Below, in pieces: positions 23,982 through 37,920 of a stretch of DNA of 64,000 nt (its first letter is position 1; every line of letters starts with the position of its first letter). Below the pieces are notes generated by a model that was given only the letters and a program-made list of their open reading frames with translations, was not told the origin of the DNA and searched no databases. Origin of the DNA: Tubulanus polymorphus. Its lineage: Eukaryota > Animalia > Nemertea. The position numbers were made by a program, and so were the translations under genes. The stretch covers positions 14,168,485-14,232,484 of the forward strand of contig NC_134027.1 in NCBI RefSeq assembly GCF_964204645.1. Direction: 5' to 3'.

Positions 23982-25672
23982 CCATATCCTAAAGACTGAC
24001 CACTCTCCCTGCCAGTTGATGGTACTGGGGAACTTGAACTTGAGGTACTTGGAGTTGGAACATTTGATAAGCATACATTTGATGACTTTCTATTGACGAC
24101 AAGTGTTACACATGGCCTGTGTTGTATTACTGATAGTATGGGTGGCATGGGCAGCGAACTTCTTTTATCTGCCAGAATACTGGAGTCAGACAACTCTATA
24201 AAATAAATGATGCCATAAAGGATTATAAAGATTCTCGTGAGCAATTGTTGAGAAATTAGTAACATTGTATTAGCTTGTTTCCTTGTGCCTCATTTAGTCA
24301 TATCAAATACAGTAGCAGTATGTGAATGCAAAACCACTACGGTATAATATTCCTTGCGATTGAAATTGAAAAAAAACTGTACACTACCTTCAGAATCATA
24401 ATGAAGTGGCCTTTTCCCCTTTTTACTTCTGGGTTGCGGGTCTACTTCATCTATATCTACAAGTAAATGAAAATTTGTATCAATTTGTTGAACTTTAATA
24501 TTCAAGCTTCATTGCAGTTTGGAAAATAATCTTCATTGGTGTTTTAAATGAAAAATTGCTACCAGTAGCCCATTTGTGTGAAACATCATGCATGAGCAGT
24601 TTTAAAATGTTCCTAGTCCCGATTAGGCTAACAGAGACATGCACATTGGATATAACTTGCAGCGAGTGGTGTGGGCGAGTGGTTAGTGTTTTACTCTAGA
24701 AAGCCCTTGTGAGTTTGAAACCCATACATTACTGTCGTGTCCCTTAGCAAGACACTTATCCGCATTGCCTCTCTCCACCCCTGAGTAAATGGGTACCTGG
24801 CCTGATAGATGACTCCTGAGCACCTAGTAGTTGCTCAGATGTTACTTCTCCCCAGGGAGAGATGACTGTTGGAATAGTTATAGGCTGGGGTAATAATACC
24901 AATTTGAAGCGCATTTGAACTAGACTCTCTTTACGATGATAAATGACATTATTATTATATTCACCTATTGCATCATTACTATCGTCATCATCATCGTCAT
25001 CCGTGAAATGGAGCATTTTACTTGGTGTCCTCTTTCTTTTCTTTCTAGTATTATCATCTACTTCATTTTCGTCACCAGTATCCAAATTGGAGGTGAACTC
25101 ACTTTTTCTCAGTTTGTCTCTGGCTTCTTTGTAGTTATCCGAAGAGCAAAAAATGAAAGAAAGTACATTTACTTTCAATTTACAATTGATTTTATGGTAA
25201 TGTTAGAGGTTAAAAATTAACCAAATTAACCAAAATGACACGACAATGTTCATTATGTCCTACTTGCCTAGTTATCAAATATAACATTCTCAGGAAAATT
25301 TAAATTTGTCATTGCAATCTGGGTCTGTGCTGGGAACATGCTTTTACTAATATTACACAGTAAGTAAATGTAATCTTCACTGCAAACCTGCATATAAAAA
25401 ACAATTTTAGGCCTTTTAGCCATTTAATTTCATTCATAAGTTCATAACGCGTATGAAAAATTAGACTTACCAGCATAGGACATGACTGAATCATGAAATT
25501 TGGACCATGAAGACTTGTCTGGCAAATGACCCTTCAGTGCTCTCTTTGATGAATCTGTGCGTGGCCAATAGCAGAAAGTGCTATCATCCTTCACCTCCAG
25601 CCAGGTTAGGTGACATTTATCGACCGTGTTATCTTCCAGGAAATCAACAACTCCATACACCTGCTTCAGCAT
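23982..25672 (-). pseudogene. EnSpm/CACTA second (non-catalytic) multi-exon gene, partial
   Basis: VVDFLEDNTV...TWL...CYWP...PDKSSW exon spliced to DNYKEARDKLRKSEFTSNLDT...RKKRKR, the typical N-terminus of the animal CACTA accessory ORF; directly downstream of the transposase fragment. Confidence 0.65.
24659..24950 (+). mobile_element. tRNA-derived CORE-like SINE
   Basis: Degenerate A box (gggcgagtggttag) and B box (gagtttgaaaccc); CORE-like gtgtcccttagcaagacactta...ctctctccaccc...gtaaatgggtacc; L2-like tail aagcgcatttga. Confidence 0.65.
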
Positions 25673-25959
25673 ACTGAAAAATAGAATTTTGCTGAAATGA
25701 TAAGTACAGTAGCTATTTAACCAGTTTAACCTGTCACTATCCATATAACAATGGACAAAATCCAATATATACTTGATTTCAAAACTTGAATATGACTAGG
25801 GATGACTCTGTATGTATCTATGATCAATTTAACTTCAAGTTTAGACAGTTTAGGAAATACCCCTGACATTTTGCAGGTTAGATTCTTTAACACAAAAACT
25901 TCAAAATACTGTTTCATTTGATTATCAGAGACACTGACACAAAAAGCTTACCTAAATGA

Positions 25960-26545
25960 TCAATGCTGTAAATGCAAAATTGTAATAAATACCACATGAT
26001 TTTGATCATCACTCAAGGGGAATTTTAATGCTCGACATGTGAGGCTACTAAGCTCGATACTTTGCACAGATGATCGATTTTTGTGTATTTTATATATGCC
26101 AACCAAAAAGGAGTTACAAGGACTGTCAAAGAAAGGCATGGGTCTGACATAAACCCAACATCTCACATTACCATCCGCATCTTCATCTATCTCTAGCAAT
26201 TCAATGCAATCATTATTGAGCACAAAACAGTCATTTATGCGATACTTCGGTTTTTTGTTTTACTTTGATTTCACTTTCATTATCCTCACTTAAGCGCTTC
26301 ACGACCTGAGCTTATGAATGATAAGCTGAGCGAACCATTTTTTAAGTTTTTGCATGAAGTTTCCAAAAGCGAAAGCAATTAAGCAGTCTAAAGGCCCATG
26401 GATTCTGACATCATCGCAGATGTGTACCATAGAATGGATATTATATACCATCATCTCTGGACAGAGATGTTCAACTTCTTTCAACGATAAATATGTTCAA
26501 CTTCTTTCACGAAGTATACTAACAACTGATGCGCATAATTGATGT
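25960..26545 (-). pseudogene. EnSpm/CACTA transposase C-terminal fragment
   Basis: MVYNIHSMVHICDDVRIHGPLDCLIAFAFGNFMQKLKK and NDC...PFFDSPCNSFLVGIY motifs; frameshifted; the 5' part is lost next to the BEL LTR. Confidence 0.8.
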
Positions 26546-26617
26546 GTTGGTAACATAACGTCGGGGATACCAGTATACGCATAGCAACAGAAAAACATAG
26601 AAAGTGCTTATACATAT

Positions 26618-27229
26618 TGTTGCGGAAAATGCGCCCTCTATGTATCGTTGTGGGTAATTTCGTGTGTTGGACGGGTTTTGTTAAAAATTAGTACGACCTA
26701 AGATGGCCGAGAAGATTAATTTTGAAACCGTCTTCTTAGAATCTAGTTAAAGCTCGTTATTATAAAAAAGTTAAGATGTCAAACAATTCGGTGAGTTTTA
26801 ATTGCTTTATCACTACATAGAGAAATTATTCATGTATATTTCTGATGACCTTGTATTTATCTAAGGTGTGTATTAGGGTTTTTTGTACATCCTCGTGGCT
26901 ACTAAGCCGCCGCCATCTTGAATAATATTTCTGAAGGTTTGTTTTTGGTTATTTTTAACAGGCTTGGAAAGACAGCTATCTCAATTATTGTATATGATTA
27001 ATATTGTACTTTAAACTAAAACTTGTACATTGTTCTACTGTCGTCTCCGCAGCTCTCTGGGCGTAGTGTTTAAAATTATGGAATTTGTCTTACAATGTTT
27101 CTTAAGATATTGTTCTCAAAATAGCATTATTTTGTATTTTTCAGTCAATCGTTTTATTAGTAAATAAACGCATTAATGAACGTTTGTCAATATAAAGAAG
27201 AAGTTTGGTTCAATTGATCTATCTCGACA
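26618..27229 (+). repeat. Putative 5' LTR of BEL/Pao retrotransposon
   Basis: TGTTG...CGACA termini, aataaa at ~27163, immediately upstream of gag; no second LTR in the window to confirm it. Confidence 0.55.
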
Positions 27230-27239
27230 TAATTGACGA

Positions 27240-30200
27240 ATGAGGCTACAAAGTGAAAGTAAAGAAAAGAAACCAGTGAAAGATAAGATGCAGTCATTCG
27301 GTCTAGAAGTACTTGCGGAAGCAGCACAAATGAGAATAGATAAGCCAGAAGAAGCCCTCAGCTTAAGAAGTGGAGCCTCATCATGTCACTCCTCGTCGTC
27401 TGCTTCCCTGAAAATGCGTATGCAGCTCGCAGCAAAGGCGGCGAGACATGAAACAGAGTTAAAATTCCTACGTTTTGAATCTGAGAAGAAACTTAAGAAA
27501 CTCAAAGAAGTGGAGGAAATACGGCAGATGACGTTACGTAAGGAGCTTGCCTGTGCACAAGCCGAACTGAACGCCATAGAAACTATCGTATCAGAGGGTC
27601 ATCGTAGCCAGGCAAGATCGATCAAAAGCAGCGAGAAGGTACAGCAATGGCTTACATCGGACCATCAGCTGTTCGACTCATTAGAAAGGGAAGATAAGGC
27701 ACTAGTAAAAACTCCTCTAGAGCCCCAGAGAGTAGAATTAAGAACTTTAGAACATACGAAAGACACACTCAGTAACTGTCAGAACTATCGATCTTACGAC
27801 GATCAAGTGCCTGATACAAGTCTGGAAAATGTCGTTAATTCGAAATTAACGCCTACAGCGCCTACGTTCACTCCGTTTGTAGATGACAGCCGTATAGAAA
27901 ATATTAGCAATAATATCATCCCCGCCAAACAGATTACTCCGGTAGCCATTACCTCCGAATTAAGTTCTGTTGTGCGGTATTTGAATCGACCCAACTCCGA
28001 AATAGCGAAGTTTGGAGGCGATCCAACCCAGTACAGGAAGTTCATCAGACAGTTTAACAGTAGGATCGTCAGCAATAGGGAAGAACCAGAAGAACTGATA
28101 GGTTTCCTGGAACAGTACACTACAGGGGAACCGAACAAGATCGTTTCGGGATTGGCTCAGCTGGACGCGGTTCAAGGGTATAATGCTGCTATGACCGAAT
28201 TGGAAGAAAGATACGGTGATGCCGAAGTAATAGCGACGGCGTACGTAGACAGACATTAAAGTGGCCACCAGTTAAAGCCGATAACCCAAAATCACTCGAC
28301 GACTACTCCTTATTCCTAATGGAGTGTAATAACGCTATCAAGGCTAACGCTAATGCCATCTGGCTACTCGAATTTCCAGAGAATATGAAACGTCTGGTTG
28401 GGAAGTTATCGTTCCATCTCCATGATAGATGGCGAAACATAGTACTTACCAACAAGGAGAGGTCGCGACCTTCAACATTCGAGACACTGGTAGATTTTGT
28501 TAAAAGAGAGGCTAAGAAAGCTATTGATCCTGTCTATGGTCGCGCTGCTCTCTCCCATATAGTACCAAGCTCGAGCGTGGACAAGAATAGACTCAGGAGA
28601 CCGACTTTCCCAGTGGCCAGCACTCAGACATTCTCAGATCAGAAGAAGAGAACCTGTTCCTTTTGTAAAAAACCAGGACATCAGATAGGATCCTGTTTTA
28701 AATTTGCAGACAAACCGCTAAATGAGAAGAGAGAGATTTTTCAAGCCAAAGTACTTTGTTTTGGTTGCGGTCAATCTGGCCACATCGCGGCCAAATGCAC
28801 CGACCGGATGAAATGTGCCAAATGTGGAAAACAACATCTAACTTCATTCCACAGCGAGACGCCAAGCATACCAAAGGAACCAAAAGAAACTCTGCAGAAG
28901 CTGAATGAAGACGAACAGCCAAAACCAAGTGGAGCAACTATCTCCGTCGATACAGAAAACATACACGGTACCATGGCAATCATTCCAGTTCGTCTCCGGC
29001 TTAAAGGTGGTATCAAAGAAATAGAAACCTATTGCTTCCTAGATCCAGGTAGCTCGATATCGTTTTGTCGAACCGACCTCGTAGAAGAACTAGGAGCTAG
29101 TAAGAAACCTCAACGTCTAAACATTGGAACTGCTAATCATCCTGATGGTAAACCAGTAAAGACTAACAAAGTAAACGGATTCGGAATCCTCGAACTTTCA
29201 TCTAATGAGGCCGTCACTCTCCCGACCATGTTTTCGTTAGACGAGCTGCCAGTTTCGGAAGATCATATGCCAACTAAGGACGAAATAGCTGAGTGGCCCC
29301 ACCTGGACGGTATCCATATGACAAGAAGATTAGGGAAACCAGTTGGCCTAATGATCGGCAGCAACGTTCCTGACGCATTCACGCCTCTCGAGATTCGCAC
29401 TGGTCCAGCCGGTAGTCCATATGCCACACGTTCACGGCTCGGCTGGATTACGTGGAACATAACCAGAATGGATCAATGGTCAGGAAGTAAACCAGTAAAC
29501 CGAACATGGAACACTGAAGAGTCGGATTTGAAATTCATAGAGTCCAGGTTAAAAGAAACATTTAACTTCGATTTTCCGGAGAAAAGAATAAATGATAAAA
29601 AGGAGTGGTCACATGAAGACCAGGAATTCATGAATACAATTCAGAAACGCATCACATTTAGAGACTGACACTATGAGATCCCACTACCGCTTAAAAGCAA
29701 CGTAAAGCTCCCATGTAACAAGTCGCTGGCAGTATCATGTCTGAACAGTCTTAAAAGAAAATTACTTAATGACGAAAAACTATGTAACGAATACAATGAA
29801 TTCATGAATAAAATAATCGAGAAAGGATTTGCTGAAATCGTACCGGCTAATGAGATGGAGAACGAGAACTCTTGGTACTTGCCACACCACGCCGTTCGCC
29901 ACCCGAGGAAACAGAAATTACGTGTTGTCTTCAATGGAGCGGCTAAGTACCAAGGCGTGTGTCTAAACGATGCGCTAATGCAGGGACCAGACCTGACGAA
30001 CAATTTAATCGGCGTCTTACTACGATTCCGACAGTGGCCCGTGGCAGTGACTGCAGATATAGAGTCAATGTTTTATCAGGTGCGGGTTCCAAAGGAAGAT
30101 TCGAATTTGTTAAGATTCCTGTGGTGGAAAGACGGAAGATTAGATACAGAACCTATATGCTACCGAATGGTCGTCCACATATTTGGAAGTGTTTCTTCCC

Positions 30201-31347
30201 CCACATGCGCTAACTTGGCCTTAAGGGCTACAGCAGAAAATGCCGACGATCATTACGATACTGAATCTCGCCAGACCATCCTCAAGGCGTTCTATGTAGA
30301 TGACTCAAATGTCTCAAATCCTTTAAGTCTGACCAGAGAGCAACAGAAGTACTCAGCGATACTAAGGAGATTTGCGCTGACGGTGGATTTCGGTTACACA
30401 AGATCCTAAGCAACAGTCGGGATGTGATGGAATCCTTCTCCAGTGAGGAATGGCATAAAGTAGATCTAGACCTAGAACAACAACTGCCCACCGAACGTGC
30501 TTTGGGCGTGTCTTGGGACCTAGAAACGGACAATTTAACGTTCCAGATCTCAATAGATAAGAACAAGCCTATCACACGAAGAGGCATATTGTCAACAGTC
30601 AGCGCTGTCTATGACCCGCTAGGACTAGCCAGCCCGTTTATCTTGCCTGCCAAGATATTGCTGCAAGAACTGAGCAACCATGGTTGGGATGAATAGGTCA
30701 GCGAAGCACAAAGAATCAGATTCACAACCTGGTTAGAGAATCTCGCTACTCTAGAAGAAATAAAGGTGCCAAGATCCCTCACAACTAGCTGTGAAAATTC
30801 GACAAAACACGAACTGCACTATTTTTCGGATGCCAGTGAGAGTGGCTATGGTGTGGTATGTTATTTAAGATCTGCAGCCATCAGCGGTGAAACAAACTGT
30901 ACATTTATGATGTCGAAATCGAGAGTATCACCTTTAAAAAAGATCACGATTCCGCGCCTAGAACTTACGGCAGCTGCGATTGCAGTTCGAATGAACACAG
31001 CGATTCAAAGGGAAATCGAGTTAGAGATCAGCGATTTAAAGTACTGGACAGACAGCAAAACTGTATTGAGATACATATGTAACGACACAGCCAGATACCA
31101 GACGTACCTGTACCAGGCTGAGACAGATTGGCCAGTAGATTCGATAGATAGATCCACTAGTGACGACGACGTCGAAATAAAGAAAACCAAAATGGTCGGA
31201 TCAACTATTAGCAAAGATGAACCAGTCCACCCTATAGAGCGGTTAGCCGAACATTATTCATGTTGGTGGAAGCTTAAACGAGCTGTGGCTTGGTTGATCC
31301 AGTGTAAAAAGCGACTTCGCAACAAAGCTCTTGGCCTGCCGGCGTAA
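27240..31347 (+). pseudogene. BEL/Pao gag-pol (gag, Zn knuckles, protease, RT, RNase H), truncated before integrase
   Basis: FGGDPTQYRKF (gag); three Cys/His knuckles; FLDPGS (protease); YLPHHAV, QGPDLTN, ADIESMFYQV, YVDD (RT); HYFSDASESGYG, TIPRLELTAA, WTDS (Pao RNase H); frameshifts and stops. Confidence 0.95.
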
Positions 31348-33020
31348 AAATGTATCTTACACCGACCATGTTGGAATATGATAAAACTACGCAATAAATC
31401 TCGAGAGACGAATGAAATATAAGTCCAACAATCATAAGTTCGAAAGAGATTTAAAAACATCAAAACTATAAAAATTTATTAAAACCTCGAATATTCGGTT
31501 GTACGTTGTTGTATTTTTTGTTTTTGTATTTTTGCACAATTTCGCTCATTGAAGATTAACAAACAACAATAAAAATGTTTTCATGTGTCATGGTGATAAA
31601 AGTCATCGAATATTTCTGTCCATCAACATCTACCCGCTGGACGTATTTATAACGTGAATTTCATATTGAAATGAAAACTTGAGAGACAGTCACATGATTA
31701 TGAATTGGTTTTGTGGCTGACATTGGCTATCAAAAAGTAATTCGTACATTTTTTTGTAAAAAATGACAAAAGCGTAATATACGGCACAAAAATGCTTCTT
31801 TAGGTGCAATTGTCTTGGTCTTTTTTAGACAAACTCAGATCAGCCATTTTAGAACTAAATTTACAGATTGCACCCGAGGCTTCTTTCGCGTAAGCCGATT
31901 GATTCTGATTGATAACAGTTACATTTGATTGATACAGCAGCAGTATTTAAAAATATAAATGTAAAACAAAACCACAAAAAATAAAATGTCATGAACAATC
32001 TGTACGTAGTTCTAAACGTTCTCAGTTTTAACCTTCGTTATAATCAAGATGGTAAAATGCCATATTATCATCGGCATTGCCATCCACTTCTTGCAGTTGT
32101 TCCGCAATGTCATGTTGAGCTTGGAATACTGAATCAATTCCACTGGTAATGACTCGTTGGTCAACAGCTTCCCAACTATCGGATATGATCCGTAAAACTG
32201 TATCTAGCATGATTGGATGACTCATTCCATTCTCGTCTGTATTTTCTTTTTTCCAAACCTTCCAGCAATTCCGTGCCCTTGCTTTACATGATTTCATTAC
32301 GCTTACATCCAGGGGCTGGCAAAACGATGTACATCCAGGAGGGATGTAATTTATTAATCTCCGATTTTCAATAACGCTCATACTGAATTCTTCAGTTCTA
32401 TGAGAACAAAACGTATCCATTAAAAGAACAAAATGCTCCCGATTTTGCAGATCAGTGTAAGGAGCAAGAATGTTTGCATCCCAATGAAGTATGGTTTCTT
32501 CTTTCATCCAGCCTGTAGATGTTGACGTGAATTTTACGTTGGCGGGTAACTCATCCATGGTTTGTAAATCCCGGATTTGACGGACAAACCCCTTTGAACA
32601 GAAAGTAATGTGTGCGCCGCCATTTGCCGTAACACATAGTGTTACAGTGCATCTGAGTTTCATGTTTGGCCTTGATGTCCTAATGTAGAAAACTCCGGTT
32701 CCCTTCTTGTTACACGTATATGATGGACGGAAGTCTAACAGCACAAATGTCTCATCCATATTTATAACTGAATCCATTGGCACATCATAAGTTTCAATAC
32801 TTTCAGAAACATTGTTTCTGAAGTTTAATGCTCTGTCATTGGCATCTGCGTGCTATTTTTCGTTACACGCCGAAAGGATATTCCAGTTCTTTTCATGAAA
32901 TTATTCGCCCAACCGTCTGTCCCGTTGAATTGATGTAAAAACGGTTTTCGAATTGTTATATCACCGCACTCATTCTTTTCCAGGCTGGCCCACCAAGTAC
33001 GAAATAACTCGATAGATTTT

Positions 33021-35608
33021 TAGGGTTTTCTGTGATGTAACAGAGATTCGCGTGTTTCTTATTATTATTATTATTATTATTATTTTTTTCCACACTTTTT
33101 GTCAAAAGTACATAGGCTTTTTTACATTACCACTGTTGCCGATACAATCCGTCTGATATCGTTCAGCTCACTTCGATCTACAAATACTCTGTGCGTATTT
33201 TGAAGAATCAACGTTACAAAAGCACTGTCGGGCCGTAAACATCGAAAATTGAGCCCCATTCAAAGAGCCGACATGTTTTTCTAAGTCGTCTTTCCGAAGC
33301 TACCGCACGTTTCTTGTCACGTCGATTGTCAATTCAAGCATAAATTAACAAATTTATTACCCAAAGATTGCACATTCAGCCGCGGTTTTTAAAAACTAAT
33401 TTAAACAATAGCCCATTTTCCTCATCAAATCATATTACCGATACACAGGAAATTTACTACTTTAGATTCTAAAAGCACTGTCGAGCCGTAAACATCCACT
33501 AATCGACTTGTGTCGCTTCATCGTCGTTCCGGGGATCAGCTGCGAGTTTCTCCTCCTCATGAGAATCAAATCGAGTACAAATTTATTTATTACTACCAGT
33601 GATTTGGCCACGGGCTTCAAGCAGTTAGTTTAACAATACCTTTTTTCTTTACCAAAATTAACCGTGTATTTACTAAGATAAATCATTAGAGTACCGGGGA
33701 GTCGTAGGCCTAAACTAAACACGCCGAAGAGATATAGCGGAGAAACGCTGTTATGTCGACGAGGTATCAAAAGAAAATAATATATTACTTCATTCGGCCG
33801 CGGGCTTCAACCATTTATCAATACTATTTATTTCCTACAGTACATACTGATCTTTGTCAAATGCACAATGTATTTACTAAATACAAGTATATAACACACT
33901 CCTATCCGTATGCTGGACTCGCATTCGGGGTAAGCGTTCGCCGTGGGGGAAAGGAGATCGTCCGCTGTGTCGCTTGAATTGTTTATCAAGTTTTACGCGA
34001 CCTTAAGCCTTTAGGCCTTCCGGTACTGACCTTTACTGTCTCAAACAAACAGTATAATTGTTGCGTTTATTAACGGACTCATTGGATTGAACTTCAAAAC
34101 AAAATTTACGACATTTAGGAGGGTTGTTATTCAATAGGCCTATGACCAATCTGTCCGGATGTTAGGCCTACGCTTAAACATAGGCCTACATAGGCTAGTA
34201 GCCTCTACTAGGTTAATGCTAGGTTCACTGTAAAGGAGGAATCAGATTTATTAAAATGCATGTTAATATAGTGATTAACTGGTTCTGACTTGCAACGATC
34301 AATCACAATTATCAATTTTATTGCCGAAAATGAAGATTTTTTTGAAAATTTTGTCTGAGCAGACAGCTTTATAAGCCAGACTTTTCATTTGAGTTTTTTC
34401 ATCATAAATGAAACTGGTATTTTATTTATTCCTAATGACTTAAGCCGGGCATAGGTCGGCCTTGCAACGGATTGTGACTCACTGCGACGCCATTCACTGC
34501 GACCGCCAGCGACGATTGTGTCGCAATGACTCATCGACCTACGCTCCCTTGCGACTACTTTCTGGGACGTGACATGACTGTCACAACCGACCTACGCGCT
34601 CTTGCGACTGGCAGAAACTAGTTGCACACAGTCGCTGATAATCGTATCGCAACCGAAACTTGCGATGCAACGGGAGGATCGTATTGCGTCCCAAGGCCGA
34701 CCTACGTCCGGCTTTAAGTTACTGCGGAGCCCCAGAAATATCTTTTTTTACGTTCAAAAGACCTTTTGCTTGAAAATTCTTTTGTCGGAACAAAATTTAT
34801 TTCGTTCGAACCAATAATATTCTGTTCGATTGAACCAATTTGAAAAAATCGTTAGAACAAAGTTGAACAAACTTTTTTCTGTCCAAACGAAACGTTTTTC
34901 GTTCGAACAATTGTTCGATCGAACAGAATCGTTTTAATTTGAACAGAATTTTCTTGTCAGAACATTAAGTTTTTCGTTCGAACAAGTTTATTGTAAAAAG
35001 TTCTCTGAACCAAAAGTATTAAGTATTTCGTTCAATCGAACAGAATTGTTTTCATTCAAACATTCGTTCGAAAAAAATTGTTTTCACTCAACCAAATTTT
35101 TTTTGCCGGGACAAAAAGTTTTTCATTTCAACAAAAACATAGCTTTTTATTCGAACACATTTTTTTTGTCAGAATGAAGAAAAGTTTTGGTTCAAATAAA
35201 AAGCGTATTGTTCGATCAAACAGAATTGTTTTCATTCGAACAAGATTTTCTTGTCGAACGGTTGTTAAGGTCGTTTTGGAAATTTACTCGGTCTGGTATA
35301 TTTTGGATTACTGTGTATATCATTTGTCAGGACATTAAACAGAAGACGACTTAGGATTCTACCTTGCGTGACTCCACTAGTTAGACCGACTTATTCCAAG
35401 ATGAGGCGTTCCATTCATTTCGGCTACAAGTTTACGTGCAGAGATAACTGCTGAGCCATTTGAGCGACAGTATCATTGATACTGTTTCCTAATAGCCTGT
35501 TTAGTAATGGCTGATGTTGTGCCTTATCAAATGCTTTGTCGAAATCCACCATTGAACAGGATTCTAAGACTGTGCAGAAAACCCGTTATCGCTGCTTTGC
35601 AGCCATAT
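33021..35608 (+). mobile_element. Helentron-type non-autonomous element (HINE) inserted in a T-run
   Basis: 5' agggttttctg plus (tta)n; 3' cagaaaaccc sub-TIR plus gctgctttgcagc hairpin plus atattt. No TSD. Its removal restores the pogo reading frame. Confidence 0.85.
34443..34713. mobile_element. PIF/Harbinger-type MITE nested in the HINE
   Basis: TTA|agccgggcataggtcggccttg ... caaggccgacctacgtccggct|TTA. Confidence 0.85.
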
Positions 35609-36450
35609 TTTTCCTTGAAATTTGTTGCTGAAACTGGGAGGCCGCGTTGTTTTGCATTGAACCAGTCATGTAGATTGTCCTCAACCGCTGGCCATAATCC
35701 TATTCCCGTTTGCCTTAGTTTGCGATTGGGGCCTTTATTATTCATCAATTCCTGCTCTAATTCAGGCCAACTCCATTTACGAAATGTATGGTATGGAATC
35801 TTATGATTATCCGCGAATTCAGCCAAACTTCGAACTAACCCGTTTTCCAGAGATGTTTCTTAGTCTTCTAAATATCGGTTTTTTCATTCACGCTATAGGA
35901 CCTGCGCCTTTTTGGAAGCTCCATGATGAAATGACATTGTACAATTTTATGACACAATAAGACACAATTTACTGCCGTTCCTTTTATAATTCGATAAATA
36001 TAATAATCATAATAAATTTCATTTTATAACAGTAACAATAGTAGTAAATAGAAATAGCAGTCAAATTAAAGAAGCAGTGAAAGCAGTGAACTGCTATTTC
36101 TATCATTCACCATTGTCATTATTCTCTTCTACCTCAACAACAGGTCAGGGAATAATAGTAGTTAAGTGGTTCCTTAGGTCACCTGTCAGTCAAATCGATG
36201 ATATCATGCAATATGACCAATGGAGTGATCACTTTATTTGGAAAATCATATTGGGTCCACCCTCGTGAATATTTCAAAGTGACCATATTGGAGGAGAATA
36301 CAGTATACAAGCAAGATCGACACACACTATTTCACATAAAAACTAGGTGATATTGACCAGAGTGGAAATATATAGGGACAAAAGTTTATTATGGGGGGGG
36401 GAGAAACCAAGGTTACCATTGACACAGGAATTTGAATGGGAATTTATTAA

Positions 36451-36722
36451 CCCTTTCAGTGCGGTGTATGAATCGGTCATGGATTTTGCTAGTACACCGC
36501 ACTGCATTGTATTGATGTAAACAGTAATTGGTTTTCATCTTTATTGAAAGAAGGCAGCACCTGTCAAACATAGTGAAATATTAGTAACAAACGATACACT
36601 GCACCGTGGTGTAGACGCACTATAGTGGTATTCCCGTTATTCAACACACTAGGGTGGAATTTTTCAAATATTTCAAATTATCTCCAGCACTATAGGGTAT
36701 TGATTAGTCAGCACTGAAAGGG
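36451..36722. mobile_element. piggyBac-like MITE
   Basis: TTAA|ccctttcagtgc ... gcactgaaaggg, a 12-bp perfect TIR; right TSD degraded (tttg). Confidence 0.7.
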
Positions 36723-37325
36723 TTTGAGCCAAGTCAAGTTTGCGATGTCGGGTAATGTTGTGAGATGGAAAAATTATAAGAGATTTATTATAATCAAATT
36801 GATGACCATTAGTATCCCAAACATGGGTGGCCACAGCACTTTGGGGCTTTTGATTGATTTTATCTTTCTTATGCTCTTTAATACAAATACTGAGGGAGCG
36901 ACCGGTTTCACCTATAAAGAATTTATCACAATCTAGGCAAGGGATTTTAAAAACACGGGCATGAGTATTGGACAGAGTATAATTTTTTTGAAAAAAACAG
37001 GTAGAATAATAATTAGGAAGAAAGTCTTTTGAAACTATATAATTTCTAACATTTGAATCAATGCTTCAAATTCGGTCCTTCGGATAAATGAGAACGAATA
37101 CGTAACGTTCTCAAAAAAAAACTATTCGCATAAACACCTTAAGAATGAGTGAGTGTTGAAACTATCCACAATATAAGAAAAATTATATGTCTTTTCTGAA
37201 ATATTAACTTTATTGTCATAAAACATCCCTGAAAAAAATAAATCACATACATTTTTGACCATAATGGTACCCATTATTGTGCCATCTGTCACGGGTTAAG
37301 TTCTATTCAAAATATTCTTTTGCAG

Positions 37326-37603
37326 TTGGCTGGAGCTAGTTATATGCAGGTACATCAAGGAGGAGGTGGTATTCACTTTACTGTTGATAAAACAACTAAA
37401 GCATCTACGGATGAATTGTATACAGGTTTAGTGAATCGACTTAATCGAATGTTGCGATGTGGCACTACTTTGGTTGAATGCAAAACTGGTTATGGTTTAT
37501 TATGGGAGACTGAACTTAAGATGTTAGAAGTCATAAATAAAGCAAAAACCAAGGAAATCATTGATATTTCAACAACTTACTGTGCTGCACATGCTATCCC
37601 TCA
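37326..37603 (+). CDS. AMDHD1: Imidazolonepropionase, internal exon
   Basis: LAGASYMQVHQGGGGIHFTV...GTTLVECKTGYGL..ETELKML...TYCAAHAIP; ttttgcag acceptor and gtaagt donor (phase 2). Confidence 0.95.
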
Positions 37604-37694
37604 GTAAGTACCGACATAATGTTATTTGGAATTATTTGTCATTTCGTATTTTCTTAAAATCTAATTTAGATAAAAATAAAAATGTTGAATTCAG

Positions 37695-37920
37695 AGGAAA
37701 ATCTGCAGAAGAAGCTACTGATGACATCGTGAATAATCACATACCAAGAATTGATGAATTGATGAAATCAGGGAGAATGTCAGTAGATAATATTGATGTC
37801 TTTTGTGAGAAAGGTGTTTTCAATATTCAACAATCTGAAAAAATTTTAAGAGCTGGGAAAAAGATTGGTTTGAATATTAACTTCCATGGTGATGAATTAT
37901 TTCCATTGAACTCAGCGAAG
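37695..37920 (+). CDS. AMDHD1: Imidazolonepropionase, next internal exon
   Basis: GKSAEEATDDIVNNH...DNIDVFCEKGVF...INFHGDEL; joins the previous exon in frame over a 91-bp intron; AAG|gtaaat donor. Confidence 0.95.

Larger units (their letters stand above)
32028..35924 (-). pseudogene. pogo/Tigger-like transposase, split by the insertion at 33021-35608
   Basis: N-terminal HTH (MELPKRRRSYS..WPAVEDNLHDWF), CENP-B HTH end (FNGTDGWANNFMKR..RRVT), DDD domain NMDET / LLMD / QPLDVSV. Possible 5' TIR ...aatacag|TA at ~36303. Confidence 0.9.
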
